This document shows positions 29,028-38,270 of a stretch of DNA of 64,000 bases, one piece after another. The stretch comes from an uncultured Acidobacteriota bacterium (GTDB taxonomy: Bacteria > Actinomycetota > Acidimicrobiia > Spongiisociales > ZC4RG35): assembly GCA_963711895.1 (NCBI GenBank), contig CAVQFU010000008.1, positions 8,198 through 72,197 on the forward strand, written 5' to 3'. Under the pieces are notes generated by a model. It did not search any database and was not told the DNA's origin. It saw only the letters and a list, made by a program, of their open reading frames with translations. Position numbers and translations under genes: made by a program. How positions within the stretch are numbered: position 1 is the stretch's first letter; each line of letters begins with the position of its first letter.

Positions 29028-29920
29028 GCCCGGGCGCGCCGACACTTCCCGAAGGCATCGAGGAATACCTCCTCGCCCTGGACGTGGAACGCGGCCTATC
29101 CGGCAACACCATCGAGGCCTACAGACGGGATCTCGCCCAGTATCTCGACTTCCTCGACGGCGCCGAGCCCGACCAATTGTCGGTTGAGCGATACGTGGCC
29201 CACCTTCGGGGCAAGGACCTGGCGTCATCCACCGTCGGTCGAAAGCTCGCTGCGATACGGGGCTTGCATCGCTTCCTCGTGATTGAAGGTCTGCGGCAGG
29301 CCGATCCCACTCTCCTTCTCGAATCTCCACGTCGACCTGAGCCGTTCCCCAAAGCGCTCACCATCGACGAAGCCATCCATCTGGTCGAGGCACCGGACAC
29401 CACGACCATCAAGGGTCGTCGTGACTCGGCACTACTCGAGTTCCTCTACGCCACGGGGGCGAGGGTCTCCGAGGCCGTAGGAGTGGACATCGGGCATGTG
29501 GACCTCGAGGACAAGATCGTCATCGTGACCGGCAAGGGTGCCAAGCAGAGACTCGTGCCGATCGGTGGCAAGGCGGTGACCGCGGTCTCCCGATGGCTCC
29601 CGGACCGGCTGAATCTGGTCAGGAGATCCCAGCGTGGGGATCCGCTATTCCTCAACCTGAGGGGCCGGCGTCTCAGCCGCCAGGGTATTTTCGATGTGGT
29701 CCGGGCCAACGCCAGGAAGGCGGGCATCCAGGAGGACAAGGTCTCACCTCACGTGCTCAGACACTCGGCGGCGACGCATATGGTGGAGGCGGGTGCGGAC
29801 CTGCGGACGGTACAAGAGATCCTCGGTCACGCTACCATTTCGACTACCCAGATCTACACGAAGGTAAGTCCTGCCCATCTCGTGGAGATCTACGTCCAGG
29901 CCCACCCGAGGAGCAAATGA
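29024..29920 (+). CDS. xerD: site-specific tyrosine recombinase XerD
   Basis: ATGARVSE...HVLRHSAATH...LGHATISTTQIYT catalytic R-H-R-Y motifs. TTGA overlap with ald. Confidence 0.85.
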   Translation: MSPGAPTLPEGIEEYLLALDVERGLSGNTIEAYRRDLAQYLDFLDGAEPDQLSVERYVAHLRGKDLASSTVGRKLAAIRGLHRFLVIEGLRQADPTLLLESPRRPEPFPKALTIDEAIHLVEAPDTTTIKGRRDSALLEFLYATGARVSEAVGVDIGHVDLEDKIVIVTGKGAKQRLVPIGGKAVTAVSRWLPDRLNLVRRSQRGDPLFLNLRGRRLSRQGIFDVVRANARKAGIQEDKVSPHVLRHSAATHMVEAGADLRTVQEILGHATISTTQIYTKVSPAHLVEIYVQAHPRSK

Positions 29921-30273
29921 CCACGTTGGACATCGCCGGTGCCGAGAAGGCCCTGCGCAAGGAGCGAGCCCATCTCGTCCATCAATTGGACGAGCTCGGC
30001 GCGGCCGAGACAGGGGATCTGCGCGCCGACATCGACTTCGGGGGGAGCTTCGCCGATGCCGCCGCCGTGACCGCCGAGCGCACCGAAGTCCTCGGTGTTG
30101 TCGACTCGCTGATGGCTCAGCTGGCCAACGTCGACCAGGCTCTCGGCAAGATCCAAGCCGGCACGTACGGGATCTGTGAGGACTGCGGCAAGGCGATACC
30201 CGCCGCGCGTCTCGAGGCGCGACCCGAGTCGGTGCGTTGCGTCGAATGCAAGGGCAAGGCAGCCGGTCACTAG
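29917..30273 (+). CDS. TraR/DksA family C4-type zinc-finger protein
   Basis: 118 aa with a coiled-coil region and CEDCGKAIPAARLEARPESVRCVECK. ATGA overlap with xerD. Confidence 0.75.
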   Translation: MTTLDIAGAEKALRKERAHLVHQLDELGAAETGDLRADIDFGGSFADAAAVTAERTEVLGVVDSLMAQLANVDQALGKIQAGTYGICEDCGKAIPAARLEARPESVRCVECKGKAAGH

Positions 30274-30277
30274 AAGC

Positions 30278-30784
30278 GTGCCGGGCTCGCTGGGCCACCT
30301 GACCCGACGGTTTTTCGATGTCCTGTTCTCCACCCCCTTGGACACAGCCGAGCGCGCGGCCGTGGAGGGTTGGCTGGACAGTGGACAGACGTGGGTGTTC
30401 TTCTCACAGCCGGATTCGGACCAGCGACACGGGTTCCATGCCGCTCTTGTGGCCATGGCGGGGGACGGCAAGCTCGACGTCATTCGAGCAGCCTTGCTCC
30501 ACGACGTCGGCAAGCGACACGCTCGCCTCGGTGTCTTCGGTCGGACGTTTGCCTCGATGGCGATCCGGCTCGGCCTTCCACTGACGAGACGCTGGCGTCT
30601 CTATCGGGACCATGGCGAGACCGCGGCCGGGGAGCTGGAGACACTGGGCTGCGAGGGCGTGATTGTCGACTTTGCCCGCAACCACCACGGCGAACGGCCA
30701 CATACCGTCCCTACCGACATCTGGGACCTGCTGCAACGTGCGGACCAGCCGCCAAAGACCGGCGCCACACCCGGGGCCGAATAA
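30278..30784 (+). CDS. HD domain-containing protein
   Basis: QRHGFH...AALLHDVGK HD motifs. GTG 30278 lies 4 nt after the upstream stop. Confidence 0.65.
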   Translation: MPGSLGHLTRRFFDVLFSTPLDTAERAAVEGWLDSGQTWVFFSQPDSDQRHGFHAALVAMAGDGKLDVIRAALLHDVGKRHARLGVFGRTFASMAIRLGLPLTRRWRLYRDHGETAAGELETLGCEGVIVDFARNHHGERPHTVPTDIWDLLQRADQPPKTGATPGAE

Positions 30785-30797
30785 CCTGAGGCGGCTG

Positions 30798-31559
30798 ATG
30801 ACCTTTCACGTCAAGACCACAGTTTTCGAGGGACCGCTCGATCTCCTGCTCCAGCTGATCACAAAACACCAGGTGGAGGTCACCGCTGTAGGCCTCACCG
30901 AAGTGGTCGGGGAGTATGTGGCCTTCATCGACGATATGAAAGACCTCGATCTGGAGGTCACCTCGGAGTTCCTGCTGATCGCAGCGACACTGATCCAACT
31001 CAAGGCCCAGTCTCTTCTACCGACGAGGGGCGTCTTCGATCTGGACGAGGAACTCGCTCTGATCGAGGAGCGTGATCGGCTCCTCTCGCGTCTCCTGGTG
31101 TGCGTGACGTTCAAGGATGTGGCGGCTGTGCTGCAACGACGTCTCCAGGAGGCGAACCGGTTCGTCCCCCGAACCAGTGGAGTCGACCAACCCATCGCCC
31201 CCCGACCCTCGGACCTCGTCGTGCCGATCGATGTCGACGGCTTGGCCACTCTCGCCTTCCGGGTCTTTTCCCGAGAGGGCGCCGAGCCAGACCTCGACCA
31301 TCTGGATCTCGACCTCCCCTCCGTCGAGACGGCTATCCAGGAGATCAGGGCGCGGGTGACCGACGAGACCATGTCGACTTTCGAGGAGCTGACCGCACAA
31401 TGCACGCGGACCGTCGAGGTGGCGGCATATTTCCTGGCGCTCTTGGAGTTGGCCAGATGGGGCCTGATCGAGGTCTCCCAGGATGATTGGTTGTCCGAGA
31501 TCGTGATCCGAGACAGGGGTGAGGGCGCGGTGGATCTCAGCTCGGAGTGGGCGTCGTGA
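30798..31559 (+). CDS. scpA: segregation and condensation protein A
   Basis: FEGPLDLLLQLITKHQVEV, the typical ScpA N-terminus. Confidence 0.85.
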   Translation: MTFHVKTTVFEGPLDLLLQLITKHQVEVTAVGLTEVVGEYVAFIDDMKDLDLEVTSEFLLIAATLIQLKAQSLLPTRGVFDLDEELALIEERDRLLSRLLVCVTFKDVAAVLQRRLQEANRFVPRTSGVDQPIAPRPSDLVVPIDVDGLATLAFRVFSREGAEPDLDHLDLDLPSVETAIQEIRARVTDETMSTFEELTAQCTRTVEVAAYFLALLELARWGLIEVSQDDWLSEIVIRDRGEGAVDLSSEWAS

Positions 31560-32116
31560 GGGAGGTCGCAGCAGTTGAAGCCGTCCTCTTCGTTACCGAG
31601 GCACCAGTGCCCATCGGCGAATTGGCCGAAGTTCTGGAGCTGCCCAAGACCAGAGTCGAAGAGCTGCTCGATGAGTTGGGCCGGGATCTGGAGGCCCGTG
31701 AGAGCGGTCTGATACTACGTCAGGTGGCCGGTGGGTGGAGGCTCTACACCCACCCGGACGCCTATCCATTCCTGGAGCGTTTCTCGACGTCGGCCACTGC
31801 ACGCAAGTTGTCCCCCGCAGCCCTGGAGACCCTGTCCGTGGTCGCCTACCGGCAACCCGTTGCCCGGAGCCAGATCAACGAGATCAGAGGGGTCGACTCC
31901 GATTCTGCCGTCAGAACCCTGGAGCGACTAGGCCTGGTCGAGGAAAGGGAGCGTCTCAACATCCCCGGGAACCCCGCGGTCTATGTCACCACTGATCTCT
32001 TCCTGGAGAAGATGGGTCTCGAGTCGCTGGCCGGGTTGCCGCCCCTTGCGGATCACATTCCGCCGGCCGACACCGTCGAAGCCCTAGAGGAGACTCTCCG
32101 CCCCGGGACGACGTGA
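31547..32116 (+). CDS. scpB: segregation and condensation protein B
   Basis: VEAVLFVTEAPVPIGELAEVL...SPAALETLSVVAYRQPV. Alternative GTG start at 31556 (GTGA overlap with scpA). Confidence 0.85.
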   Translation: MGVVREVAAVEAVLFVTEAPVPIGELAEVLELPKTRVEELLDELGRDLEARESGLILRQVAGGWRLYTHPDAYPFLERFSTSATARKLSPAALETLSVVAYRQPVARSQINEIRGVDSDSAVRTLERLGLVEERERLNIPGNPAVYVTTDLFLEKMGLESLAGLPPLADHIPPADTVEALEETLRPGTT

Positions 32117-32119
32117 GCG

Positions 32120-32851
32120 ATGGCGGATCCGATCCGCGTCCAGAAGGCGATCTCGGGGGCCGGGCTCATGTCGCGTCGGACAGCAGAGGAGGCAATCCGC
32201 CAGGGGAGGGTCGCTATCAACGGCGTGGAGGCGGTGCTGGGTGACCGGGTCGACGTGGCCACGCAACAGGTGACCATCGATGGTGTGCCGATCCCCGTGA
32301 ACCCCGATCTGGAGACCTATCTCCTCTACAAGCCGGCTGGGGTGATCTCCTCGGCATCCGACCCGCAGGGACGGCGGACAGTGGTCGATCTGGTGACCGC
32401 CGGGCACCGGCTGTACCCGGTCGGCCGTCTCGACTACGAGTCAGAGGGCTTGATCCTCCTCACCAACGACGGGGACCTCGCCAACCGGGTAACCCATCCC
32501 CGATATGGGATCGTCAAGAAGTATGTCGCCTTGGTCAAGGGGAGCCCGAACAAGGCCGAGGTGAGGCGTCTGACCGAGGGCATCGACCTCGAGGACGGCC
32601 CGGCTCGCGCCCTGTCTGCGCATGTCGTGGGCCGGCAGGGCGCCGAGACACTGGTCGAATTGACCATGAGCGAAGGTCGAAACCGCGAGGTTCGCCGCAT
32701 GTTCGAGGCATTGGGCTACGAGCTGGGCTCTTTGGTGAGGACGGCGATCGGGTCCATTGCCGATCGGTCCCTGAAACCGGGGCAATCTCGGCGATTGTCC
32801 GCGGCCGAGATACGCGAGCTCCTCGCCTCGAGCACGGGGGACCGCCAATGA
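32120..32851 (+). CDS. rluB: rRNA pseudouridine synthase (RluB/RsuA family)
   Basis: An S4 domain plus the catalytic GRLDYESEGLILLTNDG motif. Confidence 0.85.
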   Translation: MADPIRVQKAISGAGLMSRRTAEEAIRQGRVAINGVEAVLGDRVDVATQQVTIDGVPIPVNPDLETYLLYKPAGVISSASDPQGRRTVVDLVTAGHRLYPVGRLDYESEGLILLTNDGDLANRVTHPRYGIVKKYVALVKGSPNKAEVRRLTEGIDLEDGPARALSAHVVGRQGAETLVELTMSEGRNREVRRMFEALGYELGSLVRTAIGSIADRSLKPGQSRRLSAAEIRELLASSTGDRQ

Positions 32852-34125
32852 CTGGATTCTTGACGGTCGAGCCTGCCGCCGGGCCGATCGACGCCTCGGT
32901 GCGCCCACCTGGATCGAAGTCCCAGACCATCAGGGCTCTCGTGATCTCTGCGCTGGCCGAGGGTGGGTCGTGGTTGCGGGGGCCACTCGAGGCCGATGAC
33001 ACCCGGTCTGCCCGTCAGGCCCTCGGGCTGCTCGGGGTTCAGATCGCCGAGTCGGGCGACTCCTGGCAGGTGAGCGGATCTGGGGGCCTGCTTGGGGCGG
33101 CAACCATTCCTTTGGATGTCGGAGCATCCGGTCTCACAGCACGGTCGACGATCGCCGTCGCCTCCCTCGTCGACGGCACGACCACGATCACGGGGCGCAA
33201 CCGGCTCCCCGAGCGTCCGATGGGCGGGTTGGTCGATGCCCTGAACACCCTCGGCGTCAGAGCCACGTCAGTCGATGGGCATCTTCCTGTGAGCGTCGAC
33301 GGAGCCGGCGCCTTGCCCGGGGGCTCGGTGACGGTCGCCTCCCATCAGACCAGCCAGTTCGCCAGCGCCCTCCTCCTGGTCGCTCCTCTGGCATCGAACG
33401 AGCTGGCCGTCACACCGGAAGGCCTCGAGGGCTCCCAGCGCTATCTCGACGTCACCATCGGGATGATGGAGGCATTTGGTGGAGTCGTTGAACGGGTCGG
33501 GCCGGGATACCGGGTCGAGCCCGGCGGCTACAAGGGGAGCGAGGTGATCATCGAGCCCGATGCATCAGCTGCCGTGTACCCGATGGTTGCAGCCGCCATC
33601 ACCGGGGGCCGGGTGGTCATCGAAGGACTCGGATCGGAGTCCTTGCAACCTGACCTCGATATCGCCGCAGTCCTCGCGCAGATGGGATGTGTGGTCGGGC
33701 GGACCGGCAGTGAGACCACCGTCGAGGCCCCGGTCGATGGGCTGAGCCCGATCGATGTCGATCTCTCCGGATCCCCGGACGGTTCGCTAGCCGTTGCGGT
33801 GGCAGCCCTCTTCGCCGGCGGCCCGAGCCGGCTCCGCGGGCTCGGATCACTCCGGCACAAGGAGTCGGACCGGCTGACGGCATTGGCCACCGAGATCAAC
33901 CGGCTCGGAGCTGATGCGACGGTCGAGGGGGATGAGCTCCACATCACGCCCGGAGCCCTGCACTCCGCCCGGGTGGAGACATATGGGGACCACCGGGTGG
34001 CGATGTCGTTTGCCCTGGCCGGCCTCCGGGTCCCCGGGGTCGAGATCGCCGATCCCGACGTCGTGGCCAAGACGTGGCCCGCCTTCTGGACCATGCTCAG
34101 CGGCATCGCCCAATCGATTGCGTGA
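32848..34125 (+). CDS. aroA: 3-phosphoshikimate 1-carboxyvinyltransferase (EPSP synthase)
   Basis: PPGSKSQTIRAL...LRHKESDRL...YGDHRVAMSFALAG motifs. ATGA overlap with rluB. Confidence 0.9.
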   Translation: MTGFLTVEPAAGPIDASVRPPGSKSQTIRALVISALAEGGSWLRGPLEADDTRSARQALGLLGVQIAESGDSWQVSGSGGLLGAATIPLDVGASGLTARSTIAVASLVDGTTTITGRNRLPERPMGGLVDALNTLGVRATSVDGHLPVSVDGAGALPGGSVTVASHQTSQFASALLLVAPLASNELAVTPEGLEGSQRYLDVTIGMMEAFGGVVERVGPGYRVEPGGYKGSEVIIEPDASAAVYPMVAAAITGGRVVIEGLGSESLQPDLDIAAVLAQMGCVVGRTGSETTVEAPVDGLSPIDVDLSGSPDGSLAVAVAALFAGGPSRLRGLGSLRHKESDRLTALATEINRLGADATVEGDELHITPGALHSARVETYGDHRVAMSFALAGLRVPGVEIADPDVVAKTWPAFWTMLSGIAQSIA

Positions 34126-34273
34126 AGAGACGACGCGCCGGCACCGCGCCGCGCTAGGTTGCGATCTACGGAGAGGACCGACCCGGTCCCACAAGCCCCC
34201 ATTGTCCGAATACCCCCATAAGGACACCCTCGGGGATCGGGTCCCTCTCCGCCTGCCGATATGCTCCGCGCCC

Positions 34274-34924
34274 GTGACCGACCTCATCGTGACGCTCGAC
34301 GGCCCGGCCGGCACCGGAAAGAGCACGGTGAGCAAGGAGGTGGCTTTTCGCCTCGGTGTTCCCCGTCTCGACACCGGGGCGTTCTATCGAGCGGCCGGTC
34401 TCGCCGCCATGCGAGCAGAGGTCGATCTCGCAGATCATGAGGCAGTGGCGAATGTGATTGCTGGCATCAGCCTCGATCAGGACGAGGGGAGGATGGTGCT
34501 CGATGGGTTGGATGTGTCCGAAGAGATCCGGAGCCAGGCCGCCACAGAGGCATCATCGGTGGTGTCCACCCACCCCGAGGTACGCGGGCTCCTCGTGGTG
34601 TACCAACGGGAATGGGTGGCCCGACACGACAACCGTGCCGTCGTGGAAGGCCGCGACATCGGGTCGGTCGTCTTCCCTGAGGCAACGGTGAAGGTCTATC
34701 TCGATGCCCGACCTGAGGTCAGGGCGCAACGGCGAGCCGATCAGACCGGCAAGACGCAGGCCGGCGTCCTCGCCGAGCTGAGCGCGCGGGACGAGAGGGA
34801 TTCCACCCGTCAGGCTTCGCCTTTGATCGTTCCCGACGGTGCGGTGGTGATCGACACGTCCGACATGACGATCGATGAGGTCGTCGACAGAATCGTGGGG
34901 CTCGCCCGCGAAGCGGCCGGCTGA
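34274..34924 (+). CDS. cmk: (d)CMP kinase
   Basis: VTLDGPAGTGKSTVSKEVA P-loop. GTG 34274 lies within track ORF 33914..34924. Confidence 0.85.
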   Translation: MTDLIVTLDGPAGTGKSTVSKEVAFRLGVPRLDTGAFYRAAGLAAMRAEVDLADHEAVANVIAGISLDQDEGRMVLDGLDVSEEIRSQAATEASSVVSTHPEVRGLLVVYQREWVARHDNRAVVEGRDIGSVVFPEATVKVYLDARPEVRAQRRADQTGKTQAGVLAELSARDERDSTRQASPLIVPDGAVVIDTSDMTIDEVVDRIVGLAREAAG

Positions 34925-34974
34925 CGCATACGAGCCAGGGTCAGTTGGATCCTGGCCCCACCTACCATTGGCCC

Positions 34975-36024
34975 ATGACCATTGAGCGGGTTCTCGTTGC
35001 CGAGCCCAGAGGTTTTTGCGCCGGGGTGGACATGGCAATCAAGGCCCTGACCTGGATGACCCGCATCTTCGACGGCCCGGTGTACTGCTATCACGAGATC
35101 GTCCACAACGAATGGGTGGTGAAGGCCTTTGAAGGCGTAGGGGTCGTATTCGTCAACGACATCGACGAGGTGCCGGAAGGCGCGCCTGTGATGCTTTCGG
35201 CGCACGGCTCGGCACCGGAAGTGGTGGCCGGGGCGGCGTCCCGGGCTGCGGTGGTCATCGACGCCGTCTGTCCTCTGGTCACCAAGGTGCACCACGAGGT
35301 GAAGCGGATGGCCCGCGATGGCTTTGACATCATCTACGTCGGCCACGAGGGCCATGACGAGGCGGTGGGGACCGTGGCCGAGGCTCCATCGGCGATAAGA
35401 CTGGTCGAGCCGGAGACCGGTCTCGGCGAGTACGTCCCGGTCGATCCGGCCAAGGTCGCTCTGCTCGCCCAGACCACACTTGGCGTCCACGAGTGGATGG
35501 CGGTGATGGACGATGCCCGTGTCCGTTTCCCCGATCTGGCCATGTCGCGAAAGTCCGACCTGTGCTACGCCACCACCAACCGGCAAGAGGCGGTCAAGCA
35601 ACTCTCCGGCGAGTGCGACCTCGTGCTGGTAGTGGGTTCGCACAACTCATCCAACACCCAGGCCTTGGTCAGAGTGGCCCGCGATCACGGGGTCACGGCC
35701 CATCGCATCGACTCGGCCGATGACATCGACGTCTCCTGGCTGGATGGAGTGGCGGTGGTCGGTCTCACCGCCGGCGCCTCGGCGCCCGATCATCTGGTCC
35801 AGGAGGTGATCGATCGTCTCGCTCCCACATCGGGCTTCGAGTTGTGGTCGGCGATAGAGGAGCAGGAGTACTTCCCCCTGCCACCCCAGCTCCGCTCGTT
35901 TGTCACGACGCTCCAGAACCTGGTCGAGGCGGGCGTCACTGCCCGCCATCCGGGAAGGGATGGCTGGCTGCAGAGGGACCGCGAGTGGACCGCCACCGAG
36001 GCCCTCGACGTCGTCAGCGCCTGA
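34975..36024 (+). CDS. ispH: 4-hydroxy-3-methylbut-2-enyl diphosphate reductase
   Basis: MTIERVLVAEPRGFCAGVDMAI..., CPLVTKVH and SSNT motifs. Confidence 0.9.
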   Translation: MTIERVLVAEPRGFCAGVDMAIKALTWMTRIFDGPVYCYHEIVHNEWVVKAFEGVGVVFVNDIDEVPEGAPVMLSAHGSAPEVVAGAASRAAVVIDAVCPLVTKVHHEVKRMARDGFDIIYVGHEGHDEAVGTVAEAPSAIRLVEPETGLGEYVPVDPAKVALLAQTTLGVHEWMAVMDDARVRFPDLAMSRKSDLCYATTNRQEAVKQLSGECDLVLVVGSHNSSNTQALVRVARDHGVTAHRIDSADDIDVSWLDGVAVVGLTAGASAPDHLVQEVIDRLAPTSGFELWSAIEEQEYFPLPPQLRSFVTTLQNLVEAGVTARHPGRDGWLQRDREWTATEALDVVSA

Positions 36025-36033
36025 TCTCCGGCA

Positions 36034-37347
36034 GTGAGCAGACTTCCAGTCGTTGTCGTCGTGGGTCGCCCCAATGTGGGCAAGTCGACCCTCGTCAACC
36101 GGATCATCGGTTCCAGGTTGGCGGTGGTCGAGGAGCTGTCCGGCGTAACCCGCGACCGTCGTGAATTTGACGGCGACTGGTCGGGCCGCGATTTCGTGCT
36201 GGTCGACACCGGTGGCTGGGAGATCAAGCCGTCGGATCAGCTCGGAGTCTCGATCAAGGAACAAGCCGAGGCGGCGGTATCTGGCGCTGACGCGGTGATT
36301 TTCGTGGTGGACGGGACTGCCGAGCTCACGGACGACGACACCGGGGTGATCTCGGTCCTCAGGTCGGCCGAGATCCCGGTAGTCCTCGCCGCAAACAAGC
36401 TCGACAATGAGACCCTGGAAGGCAATATCGACCGTCTCTGGGGTCTCGGCCTCGGCGAGCCAAATCCCATCAGCGCATACCACGGCAGGGGGGTGGGCGA
36501 GCTCCTGGACCGCGTGGTCGCCGCGCTGCCAGAGCTCGACGACGTCGAGCGCAAGGATGACGTTCCCCGCGTGGCCATCGTCGGCCGCCCCAACGTCGGC
36601 AAGTCGACTCTGCTGAACAAGCTGGTCGGTGAGCGCAGGGTCATCGTCTCAGAGATGCCCGGGACCACCCGGGACCCGATCGATATCGACGTCGAGCTGG
36701 ATGGCAGCCTCTACCGACTGATAGACACAGCCGGGATCCGCCGTAAGCCTCAGATCACCGAGGATGCTGACTTCTATGCCGTCCTTCGTGCCCGTGAGGC
36801 GCTGGAGGGGGCCGATGTCGCCCTACTCCTGATCGACGCCACCGAGGGTGTTACGCATCAAGACCAGCGCATCGCCAGCGAAGTGGTCCAGGGTGGGGTG
36901 GGTCTGGTCATCATCCTGAACAAATGGGATGCCCTCGACGACGATCAAAGGGAGCTCACCGAGCGATCGTTGCCGGATCGTTTCGGATTCGTGGGTTGGG
37001 CGCCGGTTCTCCGCATGTCTGCTCAGACAGGAGCCCGTATCCAACGACTGCCAGGGGCCATCGAGGCGGTGTTGGAGGGCAGGATCACGCGTCTCCCCAC
37101 CGGCCAGCTCAATCGAGCTGTGCGGAAATGGGCGGCGGCACATCCGCCACCCGTACGGAAGGGTCGTCGCCCCAAGATCCACTACGTGGTCCAGGCGGGA
37201 ACGGCCCCGCCGACCTTCGTGGTGTTCATCTCGGGTGGGACACTTGGCGACGACTACCTTCGCTTCCTGGAGAACAGGCTCAGGGACGAGGCCGACTTCA
37301 CCGGGAACCCGCTCCATATCATCGCCCGGGCGGGCGAGCGCCGATGA
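36034..37347 (+). CDS. der: ribosome biogenesis GTPase Der (EngA)
   Basis: Two GTPase domains, each with GRPNVGKST, plus a KH-like C-terminus. Confidence 0.9.
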   Translation: MSRLPVVVVVGRPNVGKSTLVNRIIGSRLAVVEELSGVTRDRREFDGDWSGRDFVLVDTGGWEIKPSDQLGVSIKEQAEAAVSGADAVIFVVDGTAELTDDDTGVISVLRSAEIPVVLAANKLDNETLEGNIDRLWGLGLGEPNPISAYHGRGVGELLDRVVAALPELDDVERKDDVPRVAIVGRPNVGKSTLLNKLVGERRVIVSEMPGTTRDPIDIDVELDGSLYRLIDTAGIRRKPQITEDADFYAVLRAREALEGADVALLLIDATEGVTHQDQRIASEVVQGGVGLVIILNKWDALDDDQRELTERSLPDRFGFVGWAPVLRMSAQTGARIQRLPGAIEAVLEGRITRLPTGQLNRAVRKWAAAHPPPVRKGRRPKIHYVVQAGTAPPTFVVFISGGTLGDDYLRFLENRLRDEADFTGNPLHIIARAGERR

Positions 37348-37502
37348 GCGACGAGTTCCTCCCCGACAGCGACCAGCCCGATGAACCCCTCGAGGAGGTC
37401 CGGGCGCCGTTCAGCTTCAAGCTGATGATCGCCCTCACCGTCGCTTACCTGGGGTGGCGGCTGGTCCAGGGCATCGTGTGGGTGGTGGAGCGGCTCAGCT
37501 GA
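37344..37502 (+). CDS. 52-aa small membrane protein coupled to der, below the ORF-track cutoff as a separate gene
   Basis: MSDEFLPDSDQPDEPLEEVRAPFSFKLMIALTVAYLGWRLVQGIVWVVERLS. ATGA overlap with the der stop. Confidence 0.45.
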   Translation: MSDEFLPDSDQPDEPLEEVRAPFSFKLMIALTVAYLGWRLVQGIVWVVERLS

Positions 37503-38079
37503 GAGCGGCTCTGAGACCAAGCATCGCCGCTGCTCGGAGCAGGGCGGCCACCGTCTTGGCATCGATGATGTCACCATCGATCGCTCGCGAAATCGCGTTT
37601 GAAAGCGGAATGCGCTCGACTTCGAGCACCTCGTCAGCCTCGAGGGCAGGGCCACCACGGGTCGGCTTCAGGTCACGCCCCAGATAGAGCCAGATCCGCT
37701 CGTCGGTGAACCCGGGTGTCGTCAGGATCGAGCCGAGACCGATCAGCTCCCCGGCCTCGAACCCGATCTCCTCAGCAAGCTCACGCCTTGCGCAAACCTC
37801 GGGATCCTCGGGACCATCCAGCTTGCCCCCGGGTACCTCGAGAAGCCACCCGTCGGCGGCATACCGGTATTGGCGGACCAGCATGGCGTACTCCACTCCG
37901 TCATCCCCCATCTCCAGCGGAAGAACCACGGCGGCACCCGGATGACGGATCATCTCGAGATCGGTCTGGTTCCCGTTGGGGAGGAGCACGCGATCGACTG
38001 AGAGATCGACTACTCGGCCTTTGTAGATGCCCTCCCTCGAGATCAGCCCGGATGTGGGTGGGTGGTCGGAATCGGCCAT
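37495..38079 (-). CDS. NUDIX hydrolase (ADP-ribose pyrophosphatase-like)
   Basis: Nudix box GGKLDGPEDPEVCARRELAEEIGF. Confidence 0.85.
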   Translation of the reverse strand: MADSDHPPTSGLISREGIYKGRVVDLSVDRVLLPNGNQTDLEMIRHPGAAVVLPLEMGDDGVEYAMLVRQYRYAADGWLLEVPGGKLDGPEDPEVCARRELAEEIGFEAGELIGLGSILTTPGFTDERIWLYLGRDLKPTRGGPALEADEVLEVERIPLSNAISRAIDGDIIDAKTVAALLRAAAMLGLRAALS

Positions 38080-38270
38080 CGAGGCATCGTAGGCCTGAGG
38101 ATGTGAGGTGTCGGGCCAACCACCAGACCCGGGCTGAACATCGAATCACTCGAGTTTCATTCCCGGTTTGCCTGCAAGTCATTGCCGGATCTTCCAAGTG
38201 CCACTGGAATCCGGGCGGGCCTGCGCGGTCCAAGGGTACGATCGCGCCGGCGGTCATTGAACCAAGGAGA

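Noticed and set aside
29024-29920. Tyrosine recombinase as a possible integrase marking a mobile element.
   Set aside because: The sequence and context (pyrG/ald upstream, scpAB downstream) fit chromosomal XerD. There are no att-like repeats, no tRNA target and no cargo genes.
38080-38180. Possible TPP-like riboswitch (ctgagg ... acccgggctgaac) ahead of the ABC importer.
   Set aside because: Only vague resemblance. The conserved CUGAGA and ACCUGAUCUGGAUAAUGCCAGCG-type elements are not present.
37716-38270. 185-aa N-terminal extension of the ABC substrate-binding protein ORF (track 37716..39485).
   Set aside because: The extension is Arg/Pro/Ser-rich nonsense and overlaps the convergent NUDIX gene. 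The real start is ATG 38271, which has an AAGGAGA SD and a lipoprotein signal peptide.
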